Below are positions 20,812 through 31,683 of a stretch of DNA of 35,312 nt, one piece after another. The position numbers were made by a program, and so were the translations under genes. The notes under the pieces were generated by a model. The model saw nothing but the letters and a program-made list of their open reading frames with translations. It was not told the origin of the DNA and did no database searches. How positions within the stretch are numbered: position 1 is the first letter of the stretch; every line of letters begins with the position of its first letter. This stretch comes from Methanosarcinales archaeon ex4572_44 (GTDB taxonomy: Archaea > Halobacteriota > Methanosarcinia > Methanosarcinales > EX4572-44), in the NCBI GenBank assembly GCA_002254825.2, contig NJEL02000002.1:1-35312 (forward strand), given 5' to 3'.

Positions 20812-21188
20812 GACACACCACCACGTTGCTCCGCCCCAATGAGTTGTTTCAACAGCTTCCTCCCCCTCTCGAGGTTGAGAGCAGTGTTCACGTTCCACTT
20901 GACACGTATCCCGAGTTCAACGAGGGTTACTGCAACAGCAGGTCGGATTCCCACAACAACCGTTTTTGCACCGAGCAGTTCTGCTGTTGCTGCAACATTT
21001 GAAAGGGTTCTACCCATAAAACTATCCACAATATCGAGGGCTGTGATATCGATTATCAACCCTGTGGCTCCAACATCCTTGATCCTGAGCAGTATATCTT
21101 CCTGCAGCTTGGATATCTCATCGTCAGAGAGCTCTGACTGGATCGTTACCACAAGGAAATCCTCAATCTTCAGTATAGGAATATCCAA
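20808..21188 (-). CDS. rsbS: Stressosome STAS protein RsbS
   Basis: IPILKI, IDITALDIVDSF (phospho-acceptor Ser), GIRPAVAVTLVELG, TALNLE. Confidence 0.93.
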   Translation of the reverse strand: MDIPILKIEDFLVVTIQSELSDDEISKLQEDILLRIKDVGATGLIIDITALDIVDSFMGRTLSNVAATAELLGAKTVVVGIRPAVAVTLVELGIRVKWNVNTALNLERGRKLLKQLIGAEQRGGVS

Positions 21189-21203
21189 GAAAAATCCCTC
21201 TCT

Positions 21204-22037
21204 TCATCTATCTTCTATCCTCACTTTAAACCCAAGCATCTTGTCAGCGTGCCAGAGACCTGCACGCAGGTTGTTCTTCGTTATCAGCATCGAGATATCG
21301 ATCCCGAGACCTGCAAGCGTCTGTGCGTTAGCCGGGCTTATGCCTGTTATGATCGTATCTGCACCGAGCATCTTTGCAGCATGCACCGTCTTTATCATGT
21401 GGTTTGCTACCAGACTGTCAATTATTGGAACGCCTGTAAGATCGATTATCACAACCGACGCCTCAACTTCAACGATCCTATCCAACAACTCTTCCAAGAT
21501 CTGCTCCGCCCTTTCAGAATCGACGGTTCCGATCAATGGAAGCACCAGTATCTCCTCGCGTATCTGCAGGACTGGGGTGGAGAGGCTCATCATGGCTCTC
21601 TGCTGTTCGTGTATCACACGCTCCCGTTCCTCAACAAAAGCCATTGTCACAATGGTGAGGATATTATTTGCAATGGGTTCATACGAGTCGAGCAGTTGAT
21701 AGAGCTTCTCCTCATCATCCCGATACTTTGAGAAGATGAAACGCTCATAGATATCTCGAAGTTTGAGAATCCCACCGATTATTCTCTCAACGCTCATATC
21801 ATGCATCACTGCTTCTTCGGTTATTATTTTTGCATATTTTTCAACATCTTCAAATTCGCCAGTTCTGAAGGTTGAGACCACAGTGTTGTAGAGAGCAGTG
21901 TACCGCGCCTCTGTCTCAACATCACTCATCTGTTCAAGAAGACCTGATTCTCGCATCTCGGTTATCCACTGTCCCTTCAACTGATCTGCATGATCCTCAA
22001 AGAGAGCGCTCAACTCTCTTTCCAAATTTTGACTCAT
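21204..22037 (-). CDS. rsbR: Stressosome sensor/scaffold RsbR (helical N-terminal domain + STAS)
   Basis: LSTPV, LPLIGTVDSERA, IDLTGVPIID, LGADTIITGISP; SD GGTGA precedes ATG 22037. Confidence 0.92.
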   Translation of the reverse strand: MSQNLERELSALFEDHADQLKGQWITEMRESGLLEQMSDVETEARYTALYNTVVSTFRTGEFEDVEKYAKIITEEAVMHDMSVERIIGGILKLRDIYERFIFSKYRDDEEKLYQLLDSYEPIANNILTIVTMAFVEERERVIHEQQRAMMSLSTPVLQIREEILVLPLIGTVDSERAEQILEELLDRIVEVEASVVIIDLTGVPIIDSLVANHMIKTVHAAKMLGADTIITGISPANAQTLAGLGIDISMLITKNNLRAGLWHADKMLGFKVRIEDR

Positions 22038-22278
22038 ACCGCTCACCCGACTATCACAACAGGTATCATTCTGTGATTATTGGTACATAATACTGTCGAA
22101 TATTCTGACAGATCCTAACTCCATGTTATAGATATCCCCTTACAGATAGAAGAACGCCTCCAAACCGAGACCCCAAGAGACACCGCATAAACCAGAGCCC
22201 ACCCCCGCAAAAGATTTAACGCTAAGAGGCCATACAAGACCTGAAAAGCGATCTTTATCCTTTAGTTGGGGCAATGCA

Positions 22279-22728
22279 ATGGTTTCACGCACACCACTAC
22301 TAACGGTCGACGTTGTAATCATCTATCAAAAAAAGATAGTTTTGATCAGGCGTGCCAATCCACCCTACCAGGGCTACTATGCGCTACCCGGCGGTTTTGT
22401 TGAGATCGGTGAAACAGTAGAAGATGCTGCTCGGCGCGAGGCAGAAGAAGAGACCACGCTTAACGTGAAGCTCGTAAAGCTTCTTGGTGTCTATTCTGAC
22501 CCTGATCGGGATCCGCGTGGGCACACCATCTCAATCGCATACATCGGCGAAGGAACAGGTAGGCTGGTCGCCAATACTGACGCTGCCTCCGTAGAATTGT
22601 TCGACACCGATGAACTGCCTAAAAAACTCGCCTTTGACCATGAAAAAATCCTAAGAGATGCATTCCATGTCATTTTAAACGCTCACAGCCCTCACAATAT
22701 TTTATTTCATTCAAACCGAAAAAGATAA
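22279..22728 (+). CDS. NUDIX hydrolase (ADP-ribose pyrophosphatase-like)
   Basis: Nudix box GFVEIGETVEDAARREAEEETTL, plus RDPRGH and LAFDH. Confidence 0.92.
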   Translation: MVSRTPLLTVDVVIIYQKKIVLIRRANPPYQGYYALPGGFVEIGETVEDAARREAEEETTLNVKLVKLLGVYSDPDRDPRGHTISIAYIGEGTGRLVANTDAASVELFDTDELPKKLAFDHEKILRDAFHVILNAHSPHNILFHSNRKR

Positions 22729-22820
22729 AATAAGAGAAAACTTATATTTATAACAATATTGTTGCGGGGGTGGGTCTCCTCTTCGCTATTTATCTTTCCC
22801 ATTTTTCTGCTGGTCGTTCT

Positions 22821-23333
22821 CTATATGTTGAATATTTTTCGTGCGTTTTCGGTGGTTTTCTGTGCTATTTTCTCGAAGTTTGTCTCTTTTATGTTGGCTA
22901 TGGTTGTAATTGCATCCACTATGAAGGCTGGCTCGTTCCTTCCGCGGCGGGGTGAGAGGTATGGCGAATCGGTCTCAACGAGCAATCGGTCGAGCGGGAC
23001 TTCGCGTGCGAGGTCTCTGTGGTGTTGTGAGAAGCAGACGAGTGTTGCGAGCGAGATGTAGAAGCCGTGGTCGAGTATCTCGTTCATCGTCTCGATGCTT
23101 CCGCCGTAGCAGTGGAATACTACGCTATCACAGTTCTCTACTATTTTTAGTGCTTTTTCTTCTGCATCTCTTGCGTGGAGTATCACGGCTCCCTCAAAGG
23201 TGGTTGTTATCCCTGAGGTTATAATCTCGCTCACACCACTTCTCCCTGCTCTACTCAGGGCATCGCCTCTATCTGAGTTGAACTGTGGAAAGTTGATGTG
23301 ACAGTGTGAGTCAATTATCAGAGGGTTTCTCAT
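22821..23333 (-). pseudogene. tatD: TatD-family nuclease with an in-frame internal deletion
   Basis: DSHCH, ILHARDA, FHCY and ETDSPYL are present, but the ORF is only 170 aa and lacks the GxHP and GE(I)GLD segments. Confidence 0.75.
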
Positions 23334-24859
23334 CTGCTGATTGAGAGTAGGTGGTTGATGGCTACTACAAAGGCTTCAACCGATGCCATGACTATGTCTT
23401 CTCTTGCAACACTTGCGGTGATCATTCGTCCTGTTTCATCTTCCACTCCGATAGTTACCTCTGCAAGTGCGTCAGATCCTCCAGATATGGCTTCTATCCT
23501 AAAGTCTTTTATCTTCACCTTGAAACGCTCGCCGAGCATGCTTTCAAGGGTTTTGAGTGCCGCATCCACTGTTCCAACTCCTGTGTGTGCTGCAAGTTGC
23601 TCTTGATCGTCTATTATGGCTTTTATAGCTGCTGTGGGTGTGATCAGGTTGCCTGTCATAACCGAGACCTCTTTCAATGCGATTACTTGCTCTCTTCTCG
23701 AGACCTGTCCCATCACAGTATCCGCAACAGCAATTAGGTCTGAATCGGTGACACGCTTGCCCTTGTCAGCGATCTGTTTCACGCGTGAGAGTATCTCTCG
23801 CAACTGCTCTCTGTTGGGTTGTATATCCATTACATTGAGTGCCTGTTCCACTGCGTGGCTGCCTGTGTGTTTGCCGAGCACGATCCGTCGTTTGTGCCCC
23901 ACCATCTCAGGGGTCATTATACCAGGTTCAAAGGTCTCTGATTCTACGATCACCCCGTGGGCATGTATCCCGGACTCGTGGGCAAAGGCATTATCCCCTA
24001 TGATCGGCATTGTGATCGGCATCTTTACATCGGTGTAGCGCTCCACGAGCTTTGAGGTTTCAAAGAGGCGTTCGGTCCTGATAGTTGTTCTGGCACCGTA
24101 CATGCTGTGGAGGCTCATCACAACCTGGGCTATGTCAGCATTGCCTGCACGTTCCCCGAGTCCGTTCACGGTCACCTGCACCTGCGAGGCTCCTGCTTCG
24201 CATGCTGCAAGGCTGTTGGCTGATGCAAGCCCAAAATCGTCGTGGCAGTGAACATCGATCGGGATTTTAACCGCACTGTTGATGCCTTTTATCAATTTGT
24301 ACATCTCTGAGGGCACAATCACGCCAACTGTGTCTGGGACATTTATCACATCACATCCAACAGACTCAACCCTGGAGAATATCTCTTTTAAGTAGGAGAG
24401 TTCTGTTCTGGTGGCATCCATCGCTGAGAACATGCATTTCACACCACAGTCCTTGATCTGCTCCACCGCATCCACAGCCATCTGAGAGACCTCCTCCCGA
24501 GTCTTCTTGATGGTATGAATCCGCTGAACATCAGAGGTTGAGACAAAAATGTGCACCATATCAACGTCACACTCGATGCACGCATCAACATCCTCTTTCA
24601 CCACCCTCGCAAGCCCGCATACATCAGCAGTGCTCAAATCCAATCCAGCGATCGTCCGCGTAGCAGCCATATCACCTTCAGAAGCATTTGGGAATCCTGC
24701 TTCGATCACATTCACACCGAGCTCGTCCAATTTCTCTGCTATACAAACCTTTTCATCGATTGTGAGTGCAACACCAGGTGTCTGCTCTCCATCACGGAGC
24801 GTCGTATCAAAAATGCGTATCTTTCTCCCTTTCAACGATTCATTGAAGTAAAATGCCAT
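23330..24859 (-). CDS. leuA: 2-isopropylmalate synthase (LeuA/CimA family)
   Basis: [32 protein letters not shown] and a C-terminal regulatory domain. The STSDVQR and MFSAMDATR segments recall methanosarcinal LeuA; citramalate synthase is not excluded. Confidence 0.8.
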   Translation of the reverse strand: MAFYFNESLKGRKIRIFDTTLRDGEQTPGVALTIDEKVCIAEKLDELGVNVIEAGFPNASEGDMAATRTIAGLDLSTADVCGLARVVKEDVDACIECDVDMVHIFVSTSDVQRIHTIKKTREEVSQMAVDAVEQIKDCGVKCMFSAMDATRTELSYLKEIFSRVESVGCDVINVPDTVGVIVPSEMYKLIKGINSAVKIPIDVHCHDDFGLASANSLAACEAGASQVQVTVNGLGERAGNADIAQVVMSLHSMYGARTTIRTERLFETSKLVERYTDVKMPITMPIIGDNAFAHESGIHAHGVIVESETFEPGIMTPEMVGHKRRIVLGKHTGSHAVEQALNVMDIQPNREQLREILSRVKQIADKGKRVTDSDLIAVADTVMGQVSRREQVIALKEVSVMTGNLITPTAAIKAIIDDQEQLAAHTGVGTVDAALKTLESMLGERFKVKIKDFRIEAISGGSDALAEVTIGVEDETGRMITASVAREDIVMASVEAFVVAINHLLSISR

Positions 24860-24990
24860 CCCCTCACACTTATTTTATTATTTGATCAGCATTGCTCAGA
24901 TCTGCCCACCCTAAAATGAATGATGAGAGATAAACCTTTTGATTTGCAGCGAATTTATGCAATGCTGGAATAGAGGAATAATTTTTATTT

Positions 24991-27900
24991 TTATTTTGAT
25001 ATTGCCATCGTTATTTGTATTCCTTCGACGTCCCATTCTTTTACGAGTGCTCCTTTTACGTCTATGTCCATGCCTATTGCGAGTATTCTTGCGCGGACTT
25101 CGTATGCGATTGTTTCTTCCCATTCGAAGACGAGGTCTGTGATCCGATCGTTGTTTATCTTCACTATTGCCTGTATTTCGTCGTCTACGTGGAGGTTGAG
25201 GTTTTTGCGCATGTCTTGGAGGCGGCGTATGATTTCGCGTGTGTATCCTTCGGCTTCGATGTTTCGTGTTAGTGTGCTGTCGACGTAGACGAGTCCGCCT
25301 GGGAATTCGGCTACTGTGGTGTTTTCTGGGATTACTTCTTTGAATTCGACCATTTCTGGTAATACTGTGGCGTTAAGTTCTGGGATTTCGAATCTGCCTT
25401 GTGTGTTGATGCTGTGTTTGACTGCAATGCTGTTTGCTCGTTCGATTGCTTCTTTCACTTTTCTAGCGTCTTTTTTGAATGCTGGTCCGAGAATTGCTGG
25501 TTTTGGTATGGCTTTAACTCCTAGTTCGCTCCATGTTTCGTCTGGGTCGAGGATTATCACGTCTTTTGAGTTGCATTGTTCCAAGAGGACTTTTCTGAGG
25601 TTTTTCACTGCTTTTATCACTTTTTGGTTGTCTGGTTTTATTATTATTCGTCTGATGGGCCAGCGTAGTTTTCTCTTGGCTTTTTGGCGTGCGTTTGATG
25701 CTGATTCAACTATGTCTCGCACGATTTCCATCTCTTCTTCAAGTTCAAGATTTTGTAGACTCGTGTCGCTGGGCCAGTCGCACATGTGTATTGAGAGGGG
25801 TGCATCGGTGTCTGTTTCGCGAACGATGTTTTGGTATATTGTTTCTGATATAAATGGTGCGAAGGGGGCGATTATCTTTGAGAGGTCGGAGAGTACGCGG
25901 TGCAGTACGTAGTATGCTGCAAGTTTCGTTGGGCTTTCTGCTTCGATCCAGACTCGTGGGCGGATGAGCTGGATGTACCATCGTGAGAGGTCGTCGAGTA
26001 TGAATTCACTGATTGCGCGGGTGGCTCTGTGAAGCTCGTATTTTTCCATCTCTTTTTCAACTGTTCTGGCAAGGCTCTGGATGCGTGAGAGGATCCATTG
26101 ATCTTCAGAGTAGAGAGCGTCCTTTATTGAATCATAATCGGTTTTCTTTGGGTCGAATCCGTCAAGCACCATGTATGGAAGCGGGAATCTGTAGACGTTC
26201 CATAGGATGTTGAAGATGCGATGGGTGTTTGCAATGCCCTCCCACCCAAACTTCAGATCGTCCCATGGTGCACTCGATGAAAGGACGTAGTAGCGGAGTG
26301 TCTCAGCGCCAAACCGCTTCACCACCTCTTCAGGTTCCACCACGTTTCCAAGACGCTTCGACATCTTCTTACCTGCATCATCCAGCGTGAAGCCGTGCAT
26401 TAAGACACTTTTATATGGTGCACGTCCGAAGGCTATCATGCTTGCGCCAAGCTGTGAATAGAACCAGCCTCGTGTCTGGTCATGTCCTTCTGTTATGAAA
26501 TCGGCAGGCCACCATTCGGCAAACTCCTTGCGCTCACCTGGGAATTTGAGGGTTGCCCATGATGACACGGCTGAGTCGAACCAGACATCAAAAACATCTC
26601 TCACCCGCTTCTTCACACCACCGCCGCACTCGCATGAGAGTTCTATCTCGTCCACGTAAGGGCGGTGGAGGTCTTTCAGATCGCTTACCCCGGCGCGTGA
26701 CTTGAGCTCGCCCACTGTCCCGATAACCTCGATATTTCCACATCGTTCGCAGACCCAGATGGGAAGGGGGATGCCCCAGTATCGCTGGCGGGAGATGCAC
26801 CAGTCACGGACACTTGAGACCCAGTCATGGAAGCGTGCTGTCCCGGCCCACTCAGGATACCACCAGACACGCGTTATCTCTTCAAGCATCTCATCTCTGA
26901 GCCTCGAAACCCGGAGGAACCACTGTTCTGTAGCCCGGTAGATGATAGGTGTCTCGCATCGCCAGCAGTGACCATAGCGATGCGTTATCTTCCCACGTGC
27001 AAGCAATGATCCCCGTTCTTCAAGGTCAGAGATCACAAGATCGTTCACATTGGCCTGAACATTCAGACCTGCATATTCGCCAGCATCATCCGTGTATTCG
27101 CCAGCAGAGTCGACTGGACAGAAGATGGGCAGGTCATGCTCAATACCAAGCAGGAAATCGTCCATACCATGACCTGGAGCAATATGAACACAACCTGTGT
27201 TCTCAACCGTCACAAAATCTGCCAGATACACCTGGTGCAAGAAATCATTCTGTTTTGGAACTTTATCTCCAAGCGGATGCTCATAAGTTGTTCCTTCAAG
27301 TTCTTCGCCAAGCATCGTATTCAGAATTTCGTAATCCGTGTACCTGCCCGCGCGGAGCACAGATTCAACCAGTTCACTTGCAACGATCAACACCTCACTC
27401 ACACCTTCTTTGATGGCACGGACCCGCGCATACTCAAAAGACGGGTGAACAGCCACAGCAATATTGGAGGGAATCGTCCAGGGCGTCGTCGTCCAGATAA
27501 CAATGAACTCGTTATCAACACCCGAAACAGGGAGTTTCACAAAGATTGAAGGATCGACCCGATCAGCATAATCCACTTCGGAATCGGCAATAGCTGTTTC
27601 GCACCTCGGACACCAGTTCACAACCCGAAACCCGCGCTCAAGCAGATCCCTCTCGTACGCCCGCTTCAACGTCCACCACGCAGACTCGATATACTCATCC
27701 CGAAGCGTCATGTACGGATCCTTCCAGTTAAGCCACACCCCAAGAGACTCAAACTGAACAGTCATCTCGTCTTTGTGAGAGAGCGCAAACTCTTCACACT
27801 TGGAAACAAACTTATCCACTCCATACGACTCAATATCCTTCTTAGACGTAAAACCAAGCACACCCTCAACCTTCACTTCAATAGGCAGACCATGCATATC

Positions 27901-28155
27901 CCAGCCAGCACGATCCCGCACATGAAAACCCCGCATAGACTTAAAACGCAGAATACTGTCTTTTATCACCTTATTCCACGCAGTACCGAGATGAATCTTA
28001 CCCGTTGTGTACGGAGGACCATCGACAAAGAAAAACTTCTCACCACCACGCCTGAGCTCACGCACCTTAGAATACGCATTAATTTCATCCCAAAAAGACA
28101 TGATCGAAGACTCGACTTCCTTCGAATCATACTGAGCATCCACAACATGAAACAT
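24991..28155 (-). CDS. ileS: Isoleucine--tRNA ligase
   Basis: DGPPY..G.IHLGT (HIGH), WTTTPWT editing motif, [25 protein letters not shown]. Confidence 0.97.
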   Translation of the reverse strand: MFHVVDAQYDSKEVESSIMSFWDEINAYSKVRELRRGGEKFFFVDGPPYTTGKIHLGTAWNKVIKDSILRFKSMRGFHVRDRAGWDMHGLPIEVKVEGVLGFTSKKDIESYGVDKFVSKCEEFALSHKDEMTVQFESLGVWLNWKDPYMTLRDEYIESAWWTLKRAYERDLLERGFRVVNWCPRCETAIADSEVDYADRVDPSIFVKLPVSGVDNEFIVIWTTTPWTIPSNIAVAVHPSFEYARVRAIKEGVSEVLIVASELVESVLRAGRYTDYEILNTMLGEELEGTTYEHPLGDKVPKQNDFLHQVYLADFVTVENTGCVHIAPGHGMDDFLLGIEHDLPIFCPVDSAGEYTDDAGEYAGLNVQANVNDLVISDLEERGSLLARGKITHRYGHCWRCETPIIYRATEQWFLRVSRLRDEMLEEITRVWWYPEWAGTARFHDWVSSVRDWCISRQRYWGIPLPIWVCERCGNIEVIGTVGELKSRAGVSDLKDLHRPYVDEIELSCECGGGVKKRVRDVFDVWFDSAVSSWATLKFPGERKEFAEWWPADFITEGHDQTRGWFYSQLGASMIAFGRAPYKSVLMHGFTLDDAGKKMSKRLGNVVEPEEVVKRFGAETLRYYVLSSSAPWDDLKFGWEGIANTHRIFNILWNVYRFPLPYMVLDGFDPKKTDYDSIKDALYSEDQWILSRIQSLARTVEKEMEKYELHRATRAISEFILDDLSRWYIQLIRPRVWIEAESPTKLAAYYVLHRVLSDLSKIIAPFAPFISETIYQNIVRETDTDAPLSIHMCDWPSDTSLQNLELEEEMEIVRDIVESASNARQKAKRKLRWPIRRIIIKPDNQKVIKAVKNLRKVLLEQCNSKDVIILDPDETWSELGVKAIPKPAILGPAFKKDARKVKEAIERANSIAVKHSINTQGRFEIPELNATVLPEMVEFKEVIPENTTVAEFPGGLVYVDSTLTRNIEAEGYTREIIRRLQDMRKNLNLHVDDEIQAIVKINNDRITDLVFEWEETIAYEVRARILAIGMDIDVKGALVKEWDVEGIQITMAISK

Positions 28156-28367
28156 AAAACAATCACCAAAAACCTGAAAACCAACACTAATAGAAAAACA
28201 CCAATGAAAAGCCTTGTGATCACAAACTCGTGCGGCGTTGGCTTGGAGAGGAGATAGTCTCTGCTTAATGTCTTATTCTAAAGGAGTGTGAAAGTGTTAT
28301 CGCGGGTTTTCCGAGGAGTTCCAAAAGATTCTATAATTATTGACTCCTGAAGTATGCACATCTGAAC

Positions 28368-29126
28368 ATGGATCCCAAAAACCGTTTCTGGGAGATAGAT
28401 CTCACACGTGGTATTGCCATAATCGCGATGGTCGCCTACCACCTTTCCTATGATCTAAATTATTTTAATGTGTATGGTGTTGATATCAACTCTGGCTTCT
28501 GGTGGTATCTCGCACGAAGCACAGCCGTAACATTCTTACTCCTCGTTGGAGTCTCACTGACTCTCAGCTACTCAAAAACAAAGATACAGACTCCAGAAAA
28601 GAATACATACCGAAAATATCTCAAGAGAGGTTTTGATATATTCATGCTGGGCTTAGCCATCACCGCGACAACGTGGCTTCTTCTGGAAGAAGGCACCATC
28701 CTCTTCGGCATCCTCCCTCTCATCGGAGTATCAATCATTCTGGCATACCCGTTCCTGCAATACCGCTACTTAAACCTCATAGCAGGCGTAATCATCATAT
28801 CAATCGGGATACACCTTAAGAGCGTCACAATCAACTCTCCCTATCTCTTCTGGATGGGTCTCAGACCTGAATACTTCTACACGCTCGACTACTTCCCGAT
28901 CCTCCCATGGTTTGGAGTGATTCTGATCGGTTTATTCCTCGGAAACCTACTCTATTACAACAGCACGAGAATGTTCAACTTATGGAACCAACCCAAAAAT
29001 CCAATTGTGACATTATTTTGCCTCATAGGAAGACACTCACTCCCGATCTATCTCGCCCATCAACCAGTACTGATCACAACACTACACGTATTTGGCATAA
29101 TAGAGTTCATAACGCAACTACCCTGA
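28368..29126 (+). CDS. DUF1624 / heparan-alpha-glucosaminide N-acetyltransferase-like membrane protein
   Basis: RFWEIDLTRGIAII.M..YH, FGIL, DYFPILPW, GRHSLPIYLAHQP. Confidence 0.88.
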   Translation: MDPKNRFWEIDLTRGIAIIAMVAYHLSYDLNYFNVYGVDINSGFWWYLARSTAVTFLLLVGVSLTLSYSKTKIQTPEKNTYRKYLKRGFDIFMLGLAITATTWLLLEEGTILFGILPLIGVSIILAYPFLQYRYLNLIAGVIIISIGIHLKSVTINSPYLFWMGLRPEYFYTLDYFPILPWFGVILIGLFLGNLLYYNSTRMFNLWNQPKNPIVTLFCLIGRHSLPIYLAHQPVLITTLHVFGIIEFITQLP

Positions 29127-29236
29127 AGCTGTTAAATTGATGTTTTGGCTTGAAATATCCATTTTTGCCAACCGCAAGCAGTAGAGAAACACTCCTATCG
29201 GGGCGAAGGCAGCGTATGCTTTTTCCACCACTTGCT

Positions 29237-29698
29237 CTAATTTTTACGATTGTGATCCTTCTTTTCGCACACGTGTTTTCCTGTCTCGCAGAACGTCTCG
29301 AAGTGTTTGAGCCAATCTGGATAGACAGGTGATGTTTCTACGAATTCGACCAGTGCTTTTACCTGTGTGATGGTTTTCGGGTCGAGTCCGTGTTCAATAA
29401 TGCAGGCGTCTCTCTCAGCTATTTTATCAGGGACTCGTATGATCTTCAGGAACGATTTTATTGCGTTGTGTTTGTCTTTCACTGCGAGAGCTATTTCGTG
29501 TCCTTTCTCTGTGAGCTTCACACCATTATGTTTTTCATATCTGACAAGCCCATGCTTGTCCAGTTTCTTCAGCATTTCCACCACACTTGGCGGTTTGACG
29601 TTCAGAGATGCTGAAACATTCTTTACTCTCACATACCCTTGTTCGTCTATTATATTGAGGATTGCTTCGAGGTAATCCTCTGCTTTTCTTGAGAGCAC
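29237..29698 (-). CDS. DtxR/MntR-family metal-dependent transcriptional regulator
   Basis: EDYLEAI, VKPPSVVEMLKKL, LTEKG, DACIIEH. Confidence 0.92.
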   Translation of the reverse strand: MLSRKAEDYLEAILNIIDEQGYVRVKNVSASLNVKPPSVVEMLKKLDKHGLVRYEKHNGVKLTEKGHEIALAVKDKHNAIKSFLKIIRVPDKIAERDACIIEHGLDPKTITQVKALVEFVETSPVYPDWLKHFETFCETGKHVCEKKDHNRKN

Positions 29699-29705
29699 GA
29701 CCAGT

Positions 29706-29723
29706 TATTAGGACAACCTATTA
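29706..29723. promoter_or_regulatory. Candidate DtxR-family operator (TATTAGGacaaCCTATTA)
   Basis: Imperfect palindrome TAGG-N4-CCTA 8-25 nt upstream of the regulator start. Confidence 0.5.
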
Positions 29724-29840
29724 TTTGAAGGTTGTTGCAGAGGCCAGAGAAAGAAAGCGAGAGTTTTGTATCACTGGCACAAGGTTTATCAGGTGCTTCG
29801 TTTCATTCTATCTTTTTTCACTCTTTGCGAGGTGTGATGC

Positions 29841-30982
29841 TTGTCTGATGAGCTTGGTGTCTCTGAGCTATTTGAGATCACTGCTGATATCGGTGGTCGT
29901 CCTGGTGTGGACTGCAGAGGTTTCTGCAAGTACTGCTATTTCAAGCGTGTGAAAGAAAATCCTGTGTTAGGGTGCAGGTATTGTTCAAGGGAGAATGTTG
30001 GCTGCGACAAGTGCCGTTATGAGATTGTTGAGAAGCATAACGGGTACGCCGATCCCACGATCCTTCAGCACTACGTGATTTCCAGGACCACACAGGAGCG
30101 TTTCGCAAACCCCAATCGCAGTTATGCAATCAACATCAGCGGGGGCGGGGATGCTGGTTGCTACCCCGATCTATTGGAGCTTGTCCGATCAATCGGGGGC
30201 GTAGCCCCTATCCACCTCGGCTACGTGAGCGGTAAGGGGTTAACACCGCAGGATGCAATGGAACTCGTTGAAGCAGGCGTTCGGATCGTCACTTTCACCG
30301 TCTTCTCAACCGATCCGTTGTTGCGAAGGGAGTGGCTGAATGACCACGCCCCAGAAGCTGCATTAGAGTCGTTGCGCACGTTTGCTGGTAACTGTGAAAC
30401 CTATGCTGCTGCTGTGATAATACCAGGCGTGAATGCTGAAGATATCTTCAAGACTGCTCGGACGCTTGAGTCGTGGGGCGTTAAAGGACTCACACTCATG
30501 CGTTTTGGAAACAATGAAGAGAACGGGATTATACTTGGAAACGAGCCGATCATAGAAGGTATCACCCCCCAAAGTGTTGAAGAATTCAGAGAGCTCGTGC
30601 TTGCTGTTGACCGTGCTGTCCCCGGGATGAGGGTGGTCGGAACACCGCTCTTTGATCCTCTCACTGGTGCACCATTCGCACTTGCAAGCGTCTTAGAGGA
30701 TGATTTTCCAGATTTTTCACCGATCCGATCCGAAGCCACGATCCTCACTGGGAAGGTTGCAGCCCCCTTTATTGAGAGGATACTTCAGAGGATTGACGGA
30801 TCTCAACATGTGAACGTGATCAGTCTTGAAAAGGAGATCGGCGACCTCATCACGCACCGCGATCTTGAGCGGTTGCCACTCGATTGTGTGAAGGAAACTG
30901 TTGTGGTCCCAGGCAATGCGCTCATCCATTCACAGAGCTAATCCAGATGATCAATGCCTTTGGCTTACCACCCAAAGAGTGA
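29841..30982 (+). pseudogene. mmp10: Methanogenesis marker 10 (radical SAM/cobalamin MCR arginine methyltransferase) with a C-terminal deletion and frameshift
   Basis: GGRPGVDCRGFCKYCYF, CRYC..CDKC, SGGGD, IHLGYVSGKG, GTPLFDP. The ORF stops at 30941, but the family C-terminus FTELIQMINAFGLPPKE continues in another frame (30929-30982). Confidence 0.85.
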
Positions 30983-31683
30983 GCCTGATGCCGACTCTCT
31001 GTGTACCCTAACAAGTATCTGGTCATCATGCGAGGGCGTTACATCTGCCACATCGCTGATCGTCTTCCCTTCAACAAGTTCAATGCCCATGATATCCTCT
31101 GCAAAGTTCGCATAAGGCAATTTGACACGCACGCCATCGGTTTTCAGCGTCACGGGAAACGGTGCAATACACATATTAAGATCCTGGACCTCTCCTTCAA
31201 TCGCTTGTTTCAAATAGATCGGTGGCAGGATTGGCGGATCGTCTTCAAGCTCTCCCTTCAACCCATCCGCAGTTTCAAGCACTGCATCCATCACCCTGTT
31301 TAAGCGAGCCTTCTCATTTCCATAGCACTCATCTGAGATATCGTCAAGCCAACGCCACGACCCATGACAAGAGAGTTCACCTTGGCGCCGCTCTCTCTCA
31401 AACCCTCGATGAGATTGCAGTGCGGAACAGGCGCATGGTGACGGGCATACGAAGGCGAGACCATTATAATCTCAATACCAGTGAGCGGCGCAGGCATAAG
31501 CTCACCGTGCACGATTTTAACCATGCCCTCTATCTTCGAAACACCCTCCTTTGGCACTGCAAAGATCATGACTACTTCAGTGGAGGTAAGGTCTATCGAG
31601 ACGATGAACCCGCCAACATCCTCTATTAAATCTGTCACCCAATCATGCCTGTAGGGCGCACCCCGAAAGATCATGAACTCCAT
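30965..31683 (-). pseudogene. mmp7: Methanogenesis marker 7, split by an internal deletion and frameshift
   Basis: N-part: LIEDVGG..APLTGIEI.MVSP..HH...C....LR. C-part: DP...PVTLKTDGVRVKLPY. The two halves abut in different frames near 31300. Confidence 0.8.

Noticed and set aside
20812..20898. N-terminal extension on RsbT
   Set aside because: Overlaps rsbS; the GTGA overlap at 20808-20811 gives a normal start.
20608..21699. 363-aa + strand ORF
   Set aside because: Antisense shadow of rsbT/rsbS/rsbR; Ser/Ile-rich with no motif.
24915..24975. ATGATGA C-box-like motif between leuA and ileS
   Set aside because: No CTGA D box at a suitable distance.
30920..31320. Programmed ribosomal frameshifting as the cause of the mmp10/mmp7 frame changes
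   Set aside because: No slippery heptamer at the junctions, and conserved protein blocks are physically missing.
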